Positions 40,993 to 43,282 of a DNA stretch of 43,282 nucleotides are shown here, piece by piece. Each line of letters begins with the position of its first letter. Positions within the stretch are counted from its first letter, which is position 1. The stretch comes from Candidatus Woesearchaeota archaeon. GTDB taxonomy: Archaea; Nanobdellota; Nanobdellia; Pacearchaeales; GW2011-AR1. A program made the translations under genes and the position numbers. The notes under the pieces were generated by a model. The model was not told the origin of the DNA. It was given only the letters and a program-made list of their open reading frames with translations, and searched no databases. The stretch is from positions 1 through 43,282 of the forward strand of contig CAZUXN010000002.1 in assembly GCA_964624735.1 (NCBI GenBank), in the 5' to 3' direction.

Positions 40993-43282
40993 TTTTATTT
41001 TGCTTGTGTTGGTTGTTGGGGTTGTGTCGGGAGGGGGTTTTGTTGGTGGGGGTGAGAGTAATTCAAATTTTAAGGTGATGGTTAAATGTGTGAGCAATCA
41101 AAATCATTTGCGAATTTTGTCTATGAAAACTCTTAACAACAATGTTAATATTATTACAAATAAAGCAAAGGCGAATCATGATATAAATATTTTAACTGTT
41201 AATGTAACACAATCTGAATATGAAGAATTGCTTAATGACCCTAATGTAATAACAGAGAAAATATATAATGTAGTCTCTTTAATGATAGAAGACACAAATA
41301 TAACTGGTGCGGATTTGTCATGGGATTTAAAGATTGGTAATCTTAATTTAACTGGAAACGGACAAGCCGTTTGCATTCTCGATACTGGAGTAGATTATAC
41401 TCACCCAGATTTGGGAGGATGCAATACTTCAGAATTTTTGGCGAGGAATTGTTTAAAAATTATTGGCGGTTGGGATTTTGGCGATAATGATTTTGACCCT
41501 TTGGACCATAACGGGCATGGAACTCATGTTGCAGGTATCGTCGCTGCTAATGGAAAAATAAAAGGAATGGCTCCAGATTCAAAAATTGTTGCGATTAAAG
41601 TTTTTGCTGATAATGGAGATTCAACAAGTAATAGTATAGTTGATGGAATAGACTGGTGCGTTAATCATTCTGCAGAGTTTAATATTTCGGTAATAAGCAT
41701 GAGTTTGGGATTTACTGACCAATTTGGAAATTCTTATTTAAACTCTACTTATTGTGATTCTGATTTTCCAAATACTTATGATGCTGTTCAGAGTGCAGTT
41801 GATAAAAATATTTCTGTCGTTGCTGCTTCGGGTAATGATGCAGCAAATGGATATCTTGGGGCTCCTGCCTGTTTGTCTAATGTAATTTCTGTCGGGGCAA
41901 CTTACGACGAGAATGTTTCTGGGACAATAAGTTATCCGAGTGTTTGTAACGATTCAAACTTCTTCCTTGATAATATAACTTGTTTTACAAATAGAAATTT
42001 CTTGCTCAAACTTTTGGCCCCAGGAGCTTTTATCAATTCAACAATGCCGACTTATGAAGTTTGTTTAACAAATAGTAGCTGCATTAATAGCACTAATACT
42101 TATTCAGAAAATTATGATGAAATGGTTGGCACTTCTATGGCGACGCCGATGGTGTCCGGAGCAATTGCAATTATTAAGCAGATGTTAAAATTGACCAGAC
42201 AAAGTGAAACTCCGTCGGAGATTGAAAATATTTTGTATAATACCGGCAAACAAATTTATGATTCTTCTTCTGGATTAAATTTCTCCCGAATAAATGTTTA
42301 TGATGCTATTTTGTCTCTTGATAATATTGCTCCGAATGTCACACTTGTGTTGCCGACGAATAATAAAATAAACATCACGAAAAATCAAACCTTTATTTGC
42401 AATGCGACGGACTGGCAGTTGGCGAATGTGACTTTTTATTTGTGGAATTCAAGTGGGGGGTTGGTTAATAGTTCAACTAATAATTTGAGCGGGACAGCGA
42501 ATGTAACGAGTTTTAGTGTGACCAATATGTCGTTTGGTAATTATGAATGGAACTGTTTCTGTGTTGATGCTATTGGGAATTCGGCTTATGCTTCTGTTAA
42601 TTTTAGTTTGACTATTGGTGGGATTTCGACGACGCTGTTGTCGCCTGAGGATAATAAGTATACTAATGTTAATGATACAAATTTTAGCTGTCAGATTGTT
42701 TCGGATTCTAATTATGAATTGGCGAATGTGACTTTTTATTTATGGAACTCGAGTTGGGGATTGATTAATAGTTCGACGAAGAATATTTCTGGATTTAGTA
42801 ATATGAGTATTTTTAATTATAGTTTTGTCGATGAAGGGAATTATTCGTGGAATTGTTTGGGAATGAATAATGCGTCGAACGAATCTTGGGGTGGTTCTAA
42901 TTATAGTATTGTTTTTGATGTGAGTGCGCCGAATTTAGTTTTGACTAGTTTACCGACGAGTGTTACTTCAAATTCTGTTTTAAAAAATTTTGGCTTTAAC
43001 ATTTCTGATGATAATCTTGATGGGTGTATTTTAATTATAAATAATGTAATTAGTCGGACTAATTCTTCGATGAATATTTCTTTGTCTCAATCTTTTAGCC
43101 AAACTTTTACGCCGGGAACTTATAATTGGAAAATTAATTGCAGTGATTTTGCTGGTAATGTAAATTCTTCTGGCGAACATAGTTTTGTTATTACAGCTGT
43201 TCCAAGTCTTATTTCGAATGGTTCTCCTGGTGGCGGTAGTTCGGCAAGTATTTCTTCGACGCCAAAAACTTATGAGATTGGG
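40973..43282 (+). CDS. Subtilisin-like (S8) serine protease with tandem ~100-aa N-glycosylation-rich repeat domains; 3' end beyond the window
   Basis: Own translation: MRKLWVSFILLVLVVGVVSG (signal), Asp ILDTGVDYTHPDL, His HGTHVAG, Ser GTSMATPMVSG. Open for 770 codons to 43282. Absent from the ORF track (no stop). 32-nt near-exact repeat at 42419 and 42719. Confidence 0.85.
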   Translation, partial: MRKLWVSFILLVLVVGVVSGGGFVGGGESNSNFKVMVKCVSNQNHLRILSMKTLNNNVNIITNKAKANHDINILTVNVTQSEYEELLNDPNVITEKIYNVVSLMIEDTNITGADLSWDLKIGNLNLTGNGQAVCILDTGVDYTHPDLGGCNTSEFLARNCLKIIGGWDFGDNDFDPLDHNGHGTHVAGIVAANGKIKGMAPDSKIVAIKVFADNGDSTSNSIVDGIDWCVNHSAEFNISVISMSLGFTDQFGNSYLNSTYCDSDFPNTYDAVQSAVDKNISVVAASGNDAANGYLGAPACLSNVISVGATYDENVSGTISYPSVCNDSNFFLDNITCFTNRNFLLKLLAPGAFINSTMPTYEVCLTNSSCINSTNTYSENYDEMVGTSMATPMVSGAIAIIKQMLKLTRQSETPSEIENILYNTGKQIYDSSSGLNFSRINVYDAILSLDNIAPNVTLVLPTNNKINITKNQTFICNATDWQLANVTFYLWNSSGGLVNSSTNNLSGTANVTSFSVTNMSFGNYEWNCFCVDAIGNSAYASVNFSLTIGGISTTLLSPEDNKYTNVNDTNFSCQIVSDSNYELANVTFYLWNSSWGLINSSTKNISGFSNMSIFNYSFVDEGNYSWNCLGMNNASNESWGGSNYSIVFDVSAPNLVLTSLPTSVTSNSVLKNFGFNISDDNLDGCILIINNVISRTNSSMNISLSQSFSQTFTPGTYNWKINCSDFAGNVNSSGEHSFVITAVPSLISNGSPGGGSSASISSTPKTYEIG

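Overview
This is a low-GC archaeal chromosome segment. It encodes eL15, eS19, eL39, eL31, TBP, MCM, Cbf5, aRF1, Rpo11, Mre11-Rad50 and RNase J. The compact genes suggest a reduced DPANN-type genome, which is inference only. I count about 45 protein genes and one intron-containing tRNA-Ile(GAU). I saw no rRNA, CRISPR, cas, integrase or transposase. Both window edges carry large secreted proteins that the ORF track omits because they run off the window: a Cys-rich surface protein (1-2101, minus) and an S8 subtilase (40973-43282, plus). Small accessory cassettes sit between the housekeeping genes: two NYN-domain genes, three toxin-antitoxin pairs, orphan ORFs and a decayed diversity-generating retroelement. 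Three unusual and possibly linked phenomena stand out. (1) Fold-back hairpins followed by 7-nt-period tandem arrays are inserted in-frame in essential genes, always in the same orientation on the + strand whatever the gene strand. (2) Ghost duplicates of gene ends flank the accessory cassettes: the tRNA 3' half, the cbf5, topA, RPA-like and metallophosphoesterase 5' ends, and the MCM 3' end. One junction looks like a microhomology tandem-duplication joint. (3) The + strand has a strong T>A (mostly also G>C) excess regardless of gene direction, which explains the many long stop-free antisense ORFs in the track. All calls rest on reading and translating by eye and on recalled family motifs. No searches were run.
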